Positions 24,893-35,598 of a stretch of DNA of 64,000 nt are shown piece by piece. Where the stretch lies: the sequence record OR670491; one strand, written 5' to 3'. Below the pieces are notes generated by a model. That model had not been told where the DNA came from. It made no database searches and saw nothing but the letters and a program-made list of their open reading frames with translations. Source of the DNA: Escherichia phage vB_EcoM_JNE01. The translations under genes and the position numbers were made by a program. Each line of letters starts with the position of its first letter. Position 1 is the first letter of the stretch.

Positions 24893-25583
24893 TCCAGTTT
24901 TTCAATGCAAATTTTGTGATCGTGAATTCAAACGTGAAGATACCGTAAACACTCATAAATGTGTTAAGCGTGATCGTTACGACGACAGAGAGAGCCGCCC
25001 GATGAGGGAGGCTTTTCGTCTTTATATGCAATTCATGGAAATCAATAAGTTTCCTTTCAAGAAAGGAGTGGAACCTTTCATTGGTTTCATTAAGTCAAAG
25101 TACTTTAATGATTTCTATGACTTCGCAACATACTATTTAAATAATCGTGATATTTTACGTATTGATGAATTCACAGAACATTTAATGCGTACTGGTACTC
25201 CAATTACAATGTGGAGTACATACAAAGAGAAAGACAGTTGGGTACTGAGTTGTATCCGTTCAGAACTGCCAAGAGATGGTGTAGTTCGAAGCATCAACGC
25301 ATTAGTTGAGTGGGGAGAAACCGTACACAAAGAATGGAATACTTTCTTCCAGAACGTGAGTTCAGCCCGTGCAATCTCGTGGATTGAGAGTGGTAAGATC
25401 TCACCTTGGATTCTATGGTTATCTCCAAGAGAAAGTGTTAACAATTTCATGTCAAACTTCTCACATTCAGAATTAGAATATATACTTAAATACATTGACT
25501 ATAGTTACTTTGAGATTAAAACAATCAAGTACCGTAGTGATTGTGATAATATACGAGCTATGCTCAAGGAAGCAGGATTATGA
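24873..25583 (+). CDS. hypothetical protein with N-terminal C2HC-type zinc-finger-like motif
   Basis: CKFCDREFKREDTVNTHKC near the N-terminus. Confidence 0.5.
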   Translation: MAKKSSSPVFQCKFCDREFKREDTVNTHKCVKRDRYDDRESRPMREAFRLYMQFMEINKFPFKKGVEPFIGFIKSKYFNDFYDFATYYLNNRDILRIDEFTEHLMRTGTPITMWSTYKEKDSWVLSCIRSELPRDGVVRSINALVEWGETVHKEWNTFFQNVSSARAISWIESGKISPWILWLSPRESVNNFMSNFSHSELEYILKYIDYSYFEIKTIKYRSDCDNIRAMLKEAGL

Positions 25584-25909
25584 ATAATAAAAGTATATAC
25601 AATAAAATACCTGAAGGGTATGTGCCAACCCCAAAGGTTGACAAGAGTAGAGAGATTAGTTTATTAAGGCAGGGTTCTATTACTGAGATTACACTTGATG
25701 GGTCAACCTTTCAAGTATCTGATCCAGTACGAATTGAAAAGATAATTAAACTTGTTGAAAGACACGATGAACGATTGTATAATATGAATCAGGAATTATT
25801 ACAATACAAGCGTGCTTGTGCACAGTTGGAACAGAAAGTCAACAAACTTTCCATAACTGTGAATAAATTACAGGAGCAGATTAAGAATGCAGGACTCGAC
25901 AGGTTCTAA
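25580..25909 (+). CDS. hypothetical coiled-coil protein
   Basis: ATGA start overlap; heptad-like C-terminus. Confidence 0.45.
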   Translation: MNNKSIYNKIPEGYVPTPKVDKSREISLLRQGSITEITLDGSTFQVSDPVRIEKIIKLVERHDERLYNMNQELLQYKRACAQLEQKVNKLSITVNKLQEQIKNAGLDRF

Positions 25910-26525
25910 TCATTACAGAAAAGCAAGGACTGATATTGACATTGACTTCAAAGATAGTAAGTCAGTGATTGCAATGTTACCTTGCATTAGAAGTACTGAA
26001 AAAATTACCGAAGATGGATTGATTGCACACAATAGTGGTGTTCATTTTGATAACATCCCAGTTGACCCAATCTCCGGTCTAGCAAGCATTCAATACAAAG
26101 AAGCCGAAAGATTGGGATACCAAAAGGTTGATATCCTGTCACAATCGGCTTATATGTACGTGCGTGACAGAAAACATCTAAAGGAACTTATGAATCGTGA
26201 ACCAGATTGGAGTCACTTATTAGTACCGGAAATTGTTGACAATCTATCACAAATTAAAAAACACATAACGTTACTTAACGTTTGGAAACCGCAAACTATC
26301 GACCAACTAGCTATGTTTATCGCTATGATTCGACCGGGTAAACGCGAATGCCAAAGTATGAACACATGGTCTGAAGTTGAGGCTGTTATTTGGGATTACA
26401 GCACTATCGGTACAGATCAGAGTGGGAACAAGCTACGTTACTTCAAAAAGCCACATGCTTATGCATATAGCTTAATGATTGTCGTGCAACTTAATGCACT
26501 GGTTGAACATCTTACTTCTTCTTAA
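25887..26525 (+). CDS. hypothetical protein
   Basis: ORF; no motif recognised with confidence. Confidence 0.5.
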   Translation: MQDSTGSNHYRKARTDIDIDFKDSKSVIAMLPCIRSTEKITEDGLIAHNSGVHFDNIPVDPISGLASIQYKEAERLGYQKVDILSQSAYMYVRDRKHLKELMNREPDWSHLLVPEIVDNLSQIKKHITLLNVWKPQTIDQLAMFIAMIRPGKRECQSMNTWSEVEAVIWDYSTIGTDQSGNKLRYFKKPHAYAYSLMIVVQLNALVEHLTSS

Positions 26526-26925
26526 GTGCCACGTTGCGACGTTTAATACGCTTCTGTGGCAAATCACTTAAAGACACAGTTGGGCCACATACGAAATTCA
26601 CCGCTGGGGTATCGAATCTCTGTGTGTAAGGCTCAAATTTTTCCATTTCTTCTTGAAAAAATAAACATACTGGGATGTTTCTGTTGCTTTGCCACCACCA
26701 GTCATGTGCTATGCTAAGTAATTCGTCTTGCATTGGCTCATTCATATCATCAAAGGAGTAAAGAGTAGTGTACTGTTTACTTTTGATTTTGATAATACCA
26801 ATGTAAGTTTTGCCATCACACTGCACAACAGTAATGAATGGTGGAATAGTATTATATTGATTCATATGAGTTCCATAAATATTAGTATAAATGTTATACC
26901 TATTATTTATGGAAGGAAAAATCAT
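26512..26925 (-). CDS. hypothetical protein, isolated minus-strand gene (true start may be the internal Met at 26865)
   Basis: Only minus-strand ORF in the 23-36 kb block; basic C-terminal tail KRIKRRNVALKKK; convergent overlap with 25887..26525. Confidence 0.4.
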   Translation of the reverse strand: MIFPSINNRYNIYTNIYGTHMNQYNTIPPFITVVQCDGKTYIGIIKIKSKQYTTLYSFDDMNEPMQDELLSIAHDWWWQSNRNIPVCLFFQEEMEKFEPYTQRFDTPAVNFVCGPTVSLSDLPQKRIKRRNVALKKK

Positions 26926-27901
26926 GGCTCATCACGGTGTCTTTATGTACCCTTATAATCAGGAAGTCTCGTTGGGCAATTTTAATATGCCATATAGCAA
27001 CGAGAAGCTTACTATATATCGAGGTGCAAATAATACTTTATCTTTTACAGTACATAATGCTGATGGAAAATATACTCTTTTAAAAGATAATGAATATCTT
27101 ACTTTTATGATATTCGATGCACGTAATAATACTAAACTAATTGATATAGTACTTGAAAAAGTTAAACCAAGTTGGCTATCAGAAAGTGGTCAAGCACGTC
27201 AAACACTTGGTAATAGTAAGAAAGTTTACTATGGATGTATAGTTCCAGCAGGTGTTATCCAAGATACAAGTCCTGGTTCTAAGTATCGCTGGAGTATTAC
27301 AAAAGTTACAATGGACGGTTCTCTAATTGAACCTACGCAGTACTTGTATACGGGTCATGACTATGAAGCATGTGGTGATTTGATTATATCTGATCAAGCT
27401 GCTCCTGTATTTGTACCAAGTGTTGAAGTGTCAAGAAATAAGAATCCAGCATGGACTTCTATTATGCGTTTGTATCATGAACCGATTGCAATGGGAATGA
27501 CTGGTGAATTTGATATTCTTGCTTCTTCCCCTCTACCTGCACAGATGCAGTACGGATTGGTAGATGGTTTGAGTACTCTCGCTATGTATTTTGATAACTT
27601 CATTGGACGTATCCAATTACAAGGGTGTTTATGTAACAACGTACCTACAGATAATGAAAACTATAAATGGTTTATCATTAAATTGGATGGTAAAGATTAT
27701 ATAGAAAATGGTATTGATGCTAATGGTTTTGCTAAACCACTAGACGACATACAAGCTTTTAACTTTAAAGGTAACTATATGTGGTTGCGTTTGGTTGTAT
27801 GTATACATCCAAAGGTTGAACCTGTCCCTTATGACTATGCAGCAGTTAGAAAGATCTACGATCCTCTATTAACTGTTCCAAAAATTTTGATTCGCAGATG
27901 A
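26924..27901 (+). CDS. hypothetical protein
   Basis: ORF from the ATG at 26924 (GGAAGGA RBS); TATAAATG late-like motif upstream. Confidence 0.5.
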   Translation: MAHHGVFMYPYNQEVSLGNFNMPYSNEKLTIYRGANNTLSFTVHNADGKYTLLKDNEYLTFMIFDARNNTKLIDIVLEKVKPSWLSESGQARQTLGNSKKVYYGCIVPAGVIQDTSPGSKYRWSITKVTMDGSLIEPTQYLYTGHDYEACGDLIISDQAAPVFVPSVEVSRNKNPAWTSIMRLYHEPIAMGMTGEFDILASSPLPAQMQYGLVDGLSTLAMYFDNFIGRIQLQGCLCNNVPTDNENYKWFIIKLDGKDYIENGIDANGFAKPLDDIQAFNFKGNYMWLRLVVCIHPKVEPVPYDYAAVRKIYDPLLTVPKILIRR

Positions 27902-27918
27902 GACAACACTGATGTTCG

Positions 27919-27927
27919 TGATATAAT
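27919..27927 (+). promoter_or_regulatory. early-type promoter (TGATATAAT)
   Basis: GTTCGTGATATAAT upstream of the primase gene. Confidence 0.5.
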
Positions 27928-27956
27928 CGTTTGTGAATAAGAATGAGGAATATATC

Positions 27957-29006
27957 ATGAACGCAGTACAAAACATAATGGCACAAATCATGAATGACCC
28001 AGTGCCAGGTATTGGTATGTGGACACATCACAATTGTCCAGTGTGTGTGTTCCGTGGTCATTCCCGTCCCGACACAAAGGGTCGTGGTAATCATATGTTC
28101 AACGCTGATGGTTCAGTGTCGTACAACTGCTTCAACTGTAGTTTAAAAACTGGTTGGCAACCAGGAAAATATATGAGCAAAGATATGGAGTCTTTGCTCA
28201 TTTCTTTTGGAGCACAGGATAAAGAAATAGAATTAGCCAAATTCTATATTAAAGAAATGGTTGAAAGTGGTGAGTTTGGTGAAATCGAAACCACAGCAAC
28301 TAAGTTGTACCAAAGGGTAACTGTACGTGATCTTCCTCCAACTGCTAAGAAATTAACAGAGTGGGTCGCAGAAGATAATATCCCAAATGAGTTTTATAGT
28401 GTTCTAAACCATATCAACGAACGTAATCCATATTTGTTAGATTTGGATTTGTATTGGAGTCCTTCAAAGGAACATAAGATGTATGATCGTTTTATCATCC
28501 CTTATGTTATGAATGGTAAAATTGTCGGTTACACAGCTAGACATAAGTTGAAAGACCCAGGAGCAACATATCGTTTTATCAATCAGGTCAGTACTAATAT
28601 TTTATATAACTATGATTTATTACAAGATGACAGAATAAAGACAATTCTAGTTTGTGAAGGTCCATTAGATGCAGCATTAATGGGTGGAGTATCAGCAAAC
28701 AACTTTAAACTATCATCAGTACAGATTGATGTACTCAAAGCTGCACAGGCTAAGGGTAAGAAGATAGTAGTAGTTCCAGACCGTGATAAGGATGGATTGG
28801 TAACAATCGAGCAAGCCCTTGAGAATGAATTTTCAGTATCATTTCCAGATTTTGGAACAGTAAGGGAAGGTAGCAATATCCGTCATATTAAAGATTTCGA
28901 AGAAGCGTGTGCTCGTTTTGGTAGATTATTTTGTTTACAACTGATACATGAAAGTACAGTTGACGAACCTTTCTATATTAAAGCACAAACGGATAAGTGG
29001 ATGTAA
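27957..29006 (+). CDS. 61: DNA primase (T4 gp61-like)
   Basis: N-terminal zinc-binding CPVC...C..C; Toprim motifs CEGPLDA and VVPDRDKDG. Confidence 0.85.
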   Translation: MNAVQNIMAQIMNDPVPGIGMWTHHNCPVCVFRGHSRPDTKGRGNHMFNADGSVSYNCFNCSLKTGWQPGKYMSKDMESLLISFGAQDKEIELAKFYIKEMVESGEFGEIETTATKLYQRVTVRDLPPTAKKLTEWVAEDNIPNEFYSVLNHINERNPYLLDLDLYWSPSKEHKMYDRFIIPYVMNGKIVGYTARHKLKDPGATYRFINQVSTNILYNYDLLQDDRIKTILVCEGPLDAALMGGVSANNFKLSSVQIDVLKAAQAKGKKIVVVPDRDKDGLVTIEQALENEFSVSFPDFGTVREGSNIRHIKDFEEACARFGRLFCLQLIHESTVDEPFYIKAQTDKWM

Positions 29007-29027
29007 AATGTAAATGAGGGAACATAA

Positions 29028-30545
29028 ATGAACCAAAACACAGTGGACGTGAAACAATATGGGATTAACGCACAACAGTACCTATTGTCGCAGGTTTTCA
29101 GCAATCCAGATTTGTATGTTCGTTGTAAGAACATTCTAAAGCCAGAATACTTTGATAATACATTCCGTGAAAGTATTAAGTTTGTTCACGATTATAGTGC
29201 AAAGTATAGTGCATCACCTACACTAAAAGATATTGAAGTGAAAGGTGGTTATCAGTATGATGTATATGAAGTAACAGAACTTCACAAGCAATCAGTACTG
29301 GATACATGCAGTGAATTTTGCCGTCACAAAGCACTTGCATTAGCAGTTGAAAAAGGTATGGAATTAGTACACCAGAAAAAATATGGTGGTATTGAAGAAC
29401 TAATTCGTGAAGCGATGTTGGTATCAGTACAGAACGAGTTAGGTCTGGATGTATTTGAAAATCCAGAAGATACCATTCGTTCATTGAGTACTATGCAAGG
29501 TTCCTTTAAGAGTGGTTGGGAAACTCTTGATTATAAATTATTTGGTGGTTTTGGTCGTCGTGAACTTGAAATTTTCGCTGCTGCTTCCGGTGGTGGTAAG
29601 TCAGTTGTTCTACAAAACCTAGCAGTAAACTTTGCTAAAGCTGGTTTGAATGGAGCATACATTTCACTAGAACTAGCAGAAGAGTTGGTTGCAGTACGTA
29701 TCTATGGTATGATGACTGAATCTAAACTAAGTAACGTAAAACAAGATGCAACTAACATTGGGTTGCAAGTGCAGGTTGAAGGTAAAAACAGTGGTGTACT
29801 ACGTATCAAGCGTTTACCAGAATCTGTTACAACTACCGATGATATTGAAAGCTATCTTCGTGAACTACAAATTAAGCTTGAGATTAAGCTTGACTATGTT
29901 TGCGTGGACTACCTTGACTTGTTAACATCAAACCGTTTGGGTTCAAATGACCAATCGAACGCATTCGTAAAAGATAAGTTTGTATCTGAAGAATTACGTG
30001 CACTTGCAACTAAACTTGACCTAACTGTATTCACTGCATCACAGTTTAACCGTGGTGGTATTAGTGAAGATAAGAAAAGTCAAAGTCAGATTGCTGGTGG
30101 TATTTCTAAGATCTATACCGCAGATAACGTAATTTACATTGAAGCACGTAAAGAACTAGGTGAGATGTGGTTTGACTTCCAGAAAACACGTAACAGTAGT
30201 GCAGTAGGTTCTCGTTTGCGTATGTCTTATGATATGGACTCACTACGAGTTCTAGATCATGCAACTACAGTACAGCAAATGGAAATGGAAGGAAGCGGCT
30301 TTAAACACAGCGGTAACTGCCGTGTTGGTGGTGGGATGGTGTCACCCCCTAATGCTATGCAAACATTGCGTCATCAGCTTTCTAATGCGTCTAATACTAC
30401 ATCAGAAACTATTCCTGCAACCACAACACTAAATAGTGTTAGTGAGCAAGTTTCCACCAATGTGTCGGAAACTGTGAAACCACAAGAACACTCAGGTAAT
30501 GACCGTGTTAATGCTATGAAGCAATGGTTGAATCAAAGGAAATAA
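29028..30545 (+). CDS. 41: DnaB-like replicative helicase (T4 gp41-like)
   Basis: Walker A AAASGGGKS; RecA-like core with DnaB-family layout; directly follows primase. Confidence 0.9.
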   Translation: MNQNTVDVKQYGINAQQYLLSQVFSNPDLYVRCKNILKPEYFDNTFRESIKFVHDYSAKYSASPTLKDIEVKGGYQYDVYEVTELHKQSVLDTCSEFCRHKALALAVEKGMELVHQKKYGGIEELIREAMLVSVQNELGLDVFENPEDTIRSLSTMQGSFKSGWETLDYKLFGGFGRRELEIFAAASGGGKSVVLQNLAVNFAKAGLNGAYISLELAEELVAVRIYGMMTESKLSNVKQDATNIGLQVQVEGKNSGVLRIKRLPESVTTTDDIESYLRELQIKLEIKLDYVCVDYLDLLTSNRLGSNDQSNAFVKDKFVSEELRALATKLDLTVFTASQFNRGGISEDKKSQSQIAGGISKIYTADNVIYIEARKELGEMWFDFQKTRNSSAVGSRLRMSYDMDSLRVLDHATTVQQMEMEGSGFKHSGNCRVGGGMVSPPNAMQTLRHQLSNASNTTSETIPATTTLNSVSEQVSTNVSETVKPQEHSGNDRVNAMKQWLNQRK

Positions 30546-30820
30546 TGATGGCGAATGAATCCAGTAAAAATAATCTACTTGATAGTATAGTAAACTATAC
30601 ACCAGAGAAGAATACATTACAGAGTTTTGGCAATCGTGCAGATCATGCCATTAACTCTGTCATTCATTTATTGGAAAGTATAGAAAATGAGTTCAACAAT
30701 GCAGATGCCGAAGATCTCAAGAAGCGTTTGTTTCTTAGTATTAAGAATCGTGATTACAAGAAGTTTCAAAAGGGTTTAGAAAACATTGCTCTTGATGAAA
30801 AACGTAATAAAGGTAATTGA
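30545..30820 (+). CDS. hypothetical protein
   Basis: TAATG start overlap with the helicase stop. Confidence 0.45.
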   Translation: MMANESSKNNLLDSIVNYTPEKNTLQSFGNRADHAINSVIHLLESIENEFNNADAEDLKKRLFLSIKNRDYKKFQKGLENIALDEKRNKGN

Positions 30821-30821
30821 T

Positions 30822-30986
30822 ATGAAAAAGAAAATTAAAGAGAACGCTTCTGCCGGAGCTACATCTGCTGGTGCTGTTGCATCAGTAAGCACTGGACTTA
30901 ATTATCCATTACTTCGCAGAATGCCACCAACCAACTTCTTTGGATATAAAGAATACAAAGTCAAAAATCAGAAAGGTGATGAATGA
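30822..30986 (+). CDS. small hypothetical protein
   Basis: Short ORF starting just after the upstream stop; weak. Confidence 0.3.
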   Translation: MKKKIKENASAGATSAGAVASVSTGLNYPLLRRMPPTNFFGYKEYKVKNQKGDE

Positions 30987-31375
30987 AACCATACACGTTC
31001 TACACAATTAATACAGTTGTAGATATTGGTGATGGTAGCACTCCAACAATCATTGATTCTAAGTTCACTGGAGCTATGAATCTATCAAGGTTGTTGGAGT
31101 GTGTTATGGAGTATGATTATCCTATGATGGTAAGTGTAGTAAAGACTGAAGTGAATCTGTGTGATGAAAACAATTCTTCTTTCTATAACTTACCTTCTAC
31201 ATGGGGAAAATGTATAGTCAGTACTTTTAAATTTGCTATCCCAATGGATGTAGAATTACGTATTAATGGAATACCATTAGTACTTCCAACTGTAGTTAAT
31301 AATAATCGAATTACAAAATTCGCAATTACAGGTAAAGAATCAAATATAAGCATCAGCAAACAGACCTTTTCTTAA
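30983..31375 (+). CDS. hypothetical protein
   Basis: ORF with ATGA overlap. Confidence 0.45.
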   Translation: MKPYTFYTINTVVDIGDGSTPTIIDSKFTGAMNLSRLLECVMEYDYPMMVSVVKTEVNLCDENNSSFYNLPSTWGKCIVSTFKFAIPMDVELRINGIPLVLPTVVNNNRITKFAITGKESNISISKQTFS

Positions 31376-31431
31376 TTGTGATAAATATCATAAAGCAAGA
31401 CAAAGGTCTTTTTATTTTATTTGGAGAAAAC

Positions 31432-32367
31432 ATGAACATTGACCAAACAGCAAGCGAACTTCAGAAATTCGCTGATGCACATAATCTAAATATGGATGTT
31501 TCCGTAGTATTGGATAACATGGATGCAGGTGACTTCATTACACTAAACGCAGCTATTGATAATTCAGATAATCGTGAAATCTTCCAATTGCTTCAGAAAT
31601 ACAAAGCACAAATGAGTGAAAGCTACAAACTATTCAGTACTCGTAACATTTCTCGTCATATCAATGAAAGCAGCGAAACTGTAGCTAAAGTTGAAAACAT
31701 GACAGCTAAAGAATTAAATGAAGCATATGCTAAACAATATACTTATGCCGATACTACTAAACTTAGCCTACAAGAACTAAAAACTATTGTATATGAAGAT
31801 ATTACTCAAATGCAATCTAATCAACTTGCTAAGATGAATGTATCCCAACAACAGCAACAAGTTAACCCACAAACCCAAGCGAAACTTAAACAAGCAGAAC
31901 TTCAACGTAATGCTAATAACATGAAAGTAAGTGTTCCTGGGAATCAAAGCGGTACAGATGCTATTGAACCAGTTGTTGGTGTAGACCCAGGCCAGAACCC
32001 ACAACAATCATTAGTTATTACTAAGAGTTCTTCTAAACCTAATGAACTAAACGTTTTCCCAATTGATGACGTAAATCCTGTAGATTCACAGAATCAAGGT
32101 ACTATTCGTGAAGATATTTCTCCACAAGAACAGAATAGTGAAATCATGGGTGATGAAGGTATGGAAACTGCTGGTGATCCAGATTGCCGTTCTCCACTTA
32201 GTGATGTACAGCCTGGTATGGGTGAGTTAATCCAATCTATTTCTCATATTGAAAAAGAAGATGATCTTTATGGTGATGATAGTGTAATGGGTAACAAGGC
32301 ACAAAAAGAAAATGAAGACATGGTAGATCAAATTATTGACTTCTGTAATCGTATGCGAGGCCGTTGA
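31432..32367 (+). CDS. hypothetical protein (Gln/Asn-rich middle region)
   Basis: ORF from the ATG at 31432. Confidence 0.5.
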   Translation: MNIDQTASELQKFADAHNLNMDVSVVLDNMDAGDFITLNAAIDNSDNREIFQLLQKYKAQMSESYKLFSTRNISRHINESSETVAKVENMTAKELNEAYAKQYTYADTTKLSLQELKTIVYEDITQMQSNQLAKMNVSQQQQQVNPQTQAKLKQAELQRNANNMKVSVPGNQSGTDAIEPVVGVDPGQNPQQSLVITKSSSKPNELNVFPIDDVNPVDSQNQGTIREDISPQEQNSEIMGDEGMETAGDPDCRSPLSDVQPGMGELIQSISHIEKEDDLYGDDSVMGNKAQKENEDMVDQIIDFCNRMRGR

Positions 32368-32585
32368 TGAGAACCGTTCAAAATGTACATGGTCACAACA
32401 CTATGGTATCCAATGAAGAGTACTCCGTATATTTGAAAATCAAAGCAAGTGGTTCCGTTCAGGCCGAACGTCTAAACGAATACTATCAGGAAATGGCTGA
32501 TAAAATGGTATCTCGTGGAGTTCTAAATAAAGAAGAGAAAGATGACGGTACTGAAGTGTATACAACAGTTAGGAGTACTAAATGA
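32364..32585 (+). CDS. hypothetical protein
   Basis: ORF with ATGA overlap. Confidence 0.4.
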   Translation: MMRTVQNVHGHNTMVSNEEYSVYLKIKASGSVQAERLNEYYQEMADKMVSRGVLNKEEKDDGTEVYTTVRSTK

Positions 32586-33256
32586 ATTACGAACATGATC
32601 CCAAAACAGTTAATATGATGGCTGACTTGTTGAGTGGTCTAAATGATATTGAAAGTGGTGAAGAAGTTACCATTAATGGTGTACCTCAACGTCCTGGTGG
32701 TGATGTGGGTGCAATGCATGATATACTGTCTTCATTGAACGAAGCTGGTATGGCGTATGGCGAACCACTACCATCAGTACAACAACCTGTACAACAGATG
32801 ACTAGTTACAATTCACCATACCAAACCACTCCACAACAAGCACCAGTGCCACAACGACAAGTAAAACCAAAAACTAATTGGAGTTTAGTTGAAGAAGTAG
32901 TTGCTGGAACTAAATCCACAAAAGTATATAGTGTAAAATGTAATTACAGTTCACAGGTAATTATGAACAACATTATGATGTACGAAGCTGCATTAACATT
33001 AGTAAACTTACTAAATGAAGGACGTATGTTGACTGATGCTAAAGTTCTTGGTATTATAAGTTCCGGCTTACAGTTCACTGCTGTCATGACTGAAGCGTTA
33101 AAAGCTGCACAGAAACGACACAAGGTACTGAATGAATCTCGATATGATGATGCAAAAGAACTTGACATTATCATTGCTGAGAAGAAGGCAGAGGCATACA
33201 AACTCAAGGAACGAGTACTAAACTTTCTAAAGTCAGAAGGTTATATAAGTAAATAA
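32582..33256 (+). CDS. hypothetical protein
   Basis: ORF with ATGA overlap. Confidence 0.5.
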   Translation: MNYEHDPKTVNMMADLLSGLNDIESGEEVTINGVPQRPGGDVGAMHDILSSLNEAGMAYGEPLPSVQQPVQQMTSYNSPYQTTPQQAPVPQRQVKPKTNWSLVEEVVAGTKSTKVYSVKCNYSSQVIMNNIMMYEAALTLVNLLNEGRMLTDAKVLGIISSGLQFTAVMTEALKAAQKRHKVLNESRYDDAKELDIIIAEKKAEAYKLKERVLNFLKSEGYISK

Positions 33257-33285
33257 ATTTAGTGATATTTTATAAGGAAATACAA

Positions 33286-33918
33286 ATGTCTAAATACAAG
33301 AAACTAATGGAATCCGCTTCTCGTGCAGAAGCAATGAAATTCATTCAATTGAATGAATCCAACATCGAAAAAGCTGAAATCGTTCTTTCCGTTAAAGGTG
33401 AGATTGTTGACAAGCTACAACGTCAATCCGAAGTAATCAACAACATGGGTGTTGACGTACTAGGTCCACTACTTGACCGTATCAAAGCGGAACAAGGTCT
33501 TGACGCAGCACAAAATTTCAGTGATAATGTTCGTCACCTATTACAACACGCTGTACAAACTCTAATGGATGTTAAAGACAAAATCAGTACTGAAACTCTA
33601 AAACTAACTGGTGACATTACTGATGCTCCAGCAGTTTCTGATATCGGTAGTGAAGATGTTGATATTGACATTGCAGCAGACACACCAACTTTCGACATGG
33701 ACGCTGATGCGGATTTTGAAGAAGATATTATTTCTGAACCAATCCCAACTGAGCGTGAAATGAAAGAATCCGTTAAACCAACTAAAATTGGTGTAACAAT
33801 GGAAAGTGTTAAGGGTACAGTCGGTACTAAATATTTCAGCAGCAAAAAAGAAATGTCACAATGGCTAACCGAAAACGAGAAGAAAGTTAAACGTGTTTTG
33901 GGATACACCAAAAAATAA
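33286..33918 (+). CDS. hypothetical acidic helical protein
   Basis: ORF from the ATG at 33286; acidic segment DVDIDIAADTPTFDMDADADFEEDII. Confidence 0.5.
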   Translation: MSKYKKLMESASRAEAMKFIQLNESNIEKAEIVLSVKGEIVDKLQRQSEVINNMGVDVLGPLLDRIKAEQGLDAAQNFSDNVRHLLQHAVQTLMDVKDKISTETLKLTGDITDAPAVSDIGSEDVDIDIAADTPTFDMDADADFEEDIISEPIPTEREMKESVKPTKIGVTMESVKGTVGTKYFSSKKEMSQWLTENEKKVKRVLGYTKK

Positions 33919-33930
33919 GGATATAATGGA

Positions 33931-34263
33931 ATGAGATTCAGTGATTTAACTGAAGAAGCTCCAGGAAAAGACATACGCAATATGATTACTACTATTGCGT
34001 TGTCTTTAGTATCTTCGGGTAGAGAAGAAGTTAACGTTCAGTCTTTAGTTTCTGAAATTAAAAAGAGAACCAACATTGACGTTCCTTACAACGTTTTGAT
34101 GGATATCTTAAACTCTCTACCATTTGTTCAGGATGCAAATTCTGATGTTGTTACCTTCGCAGGTAATGACTCACAGACTTCCGGTGATATGGAACAAAAT
34201 TCCGATGAACAAGTTGAAGACTGGGCTACTAAAGCTGCTGTGTCAGCTAACAAGCAAAAATAA
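33931..34263 (+). CDS. hypothetical protein
   Basis: ORF. Confidence 0.45.
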   Translation: MRFSDLTEEAPGKDIRNMITTIALSLVSSGREEVNVQSLVSEIKKRTNIDVPYNVLMDILNSLPFVQDANSDVVTFAGNDSQTSGDMEQNSDEQVEDWATKAAVSANKQK

Positions 34264-34306
34264 TTTAGACAAACGAAAATACGATGCTATAATTAGGAGT
34301 ACATGG

Positions 34307-35026
34307 ATGTACATACCACCAATTGTTAGCAGATATACATATTTGGATTACAAGCGAATTGAAGGCGGCCCAGAAGGTCGCCTTTATTCAACTCCAACTG
34401 GGAATCTGCCGTCAGTAACAACAATCTTGAGTGCGACCTCTGATAACGAGGGTCTTAAAAAATGGCGAGAGTTTGTTGGAGAAGAGAAAGCTAATGAAAT
34501 AACATTAGAAGCATGTACTGTTGGAACATTCATGCATGAAAACTTAGAATTCCGTTTAGACGGTAAACCAGACCACCAAGGTGGAATGCCGATACGTGTA
34601 CTGGCTCGACGAATGGCAGATAAGATTCAGGAAGAAGCATGGCCTAAAATCAATGAAGTGTGGGGACAAGAAGTACCACTATTTTATGAAGGTTTGTGGG
34701 CTGGGACAACAGACTTAGTGGGGGTACATGACGGTATACCAACTATCATGGACTATAAGAATTCCCGTAAAATGAAAACATGGGAACATATTGAAAATTA
34801 TCGAATGCAGATTGCAGCTTATGCTCTTTCTCATAACCAAATGTTCGGGACTAATATCGAACGTGGTGTGATTTTCATCTGTGTAAGGAACGATCCTGCT
34901 AACCTTAAATATCAAGAGTTCGTTATTGAAGGACAAGACTTCAAAGACGCAGTTGATATGTGGATTGGTAGAGTTGAACAATATTATATTTTACGTGGAG
35001 AGATTGAATCAAATGGAACAGCATAA
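34307..35026 (+). CDS. putative PD-(D/E)xK family nuclease
   Basis: GTTDLVGVHDGIPTIMDYKNS matches the D...(D/E)xK nuclease core; AGGAG RBS before the ATG at 34307. Confidence 0.5.
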   Translation: MYIPPIVSRYTYLDYKRIEGGPEGRLYSTPTGNLPSVTTILSATSDNEGLKKWREFVGEEKANEITLEACTVGTFMHENLEFRLDGKPDHQGGMPIRVLARRMADKIQEEAWPKINEVWGQEVPLFYEGLWAGTTDLVGVHDGIPTIMDYKNSRKMKTWEHIENYRMQIAAYALSHNQMFGTNIERGVIFICVRNDPANLKYQEFVIEGQDFKDAVDMWIGRVEQYYILRGEIESNGTA

Positions 35027-35570
35027 AGAAATGAAACAAGACCTATATACAATTCGTGCACTAGAAAGCAAAGGCTACAAACTTGATGACGTAGTAAACC
35101 TAACTGATGAACAAATCGATGGTTTACAACTATCTCAAAAACTAATCACTAATATCAAATCCTATAAACAACGTGGTGCTAAACCTGTTGAAGCAATTAA
35201 AGTTCAGATTGCTGATGATATTAGTATTGATGAAGAATCCCGTAATGTTGCACCAGAAGTTATTGAAACCTACGTAGAAAATACACCAGAACATATCGAA
35301 GTTGCTAAAGAAGTAGAACGTGTAGCTGAAGAACTAGCACCGACTATCGAAGAAGAAGACGTAGTTGTAGTTGAACACGTTGAAGCGGCGAAAGAAGATC
35401 TAGATATTATTACCGCAGCACTTCAAGAAAAAGAACTTAAAACTGTAGCAAACTACATCAAACATCTCAAATCTTCCGTACCAGAAGCAATTCTTGTATC
35501 TGTTGAGAGTTCTGTTGTATCTCGTCTAATCAACGAGCGTATTGCTGAAGTTAAAGAAAACGCTAAATAA
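35013..35570 (+). CDS. hypothetical acidic protein
   Basis: ORF from the ATG at 35013. Confidence 0.45.
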   Translation: MEQHKEMKQDLYTIRALESKGYKLDDVVNLTDEQIDGLQLSQKLITNIKSYKQRGAKPVEAIKVQIADDISIDEESRNVAPEVIETYVENTPEHIEVAKEVERVAEELAPTIEEEDVVVVEHVEAAKEDLDIITAALQEKELKTVANYIKHLKSSVPEAILVSVESSVVSRLINERIAEVKENAK

Positions 35571-35598
35571 TCCTATAATACTATAGGAGTGAGTTATT

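Noticed and set aside
25887-26525. Possible DnaE-like fragment suggested by an ...IRPGK... segment
   Set aside because: Resemblance is limited to a few residues; insufficient to support any call.
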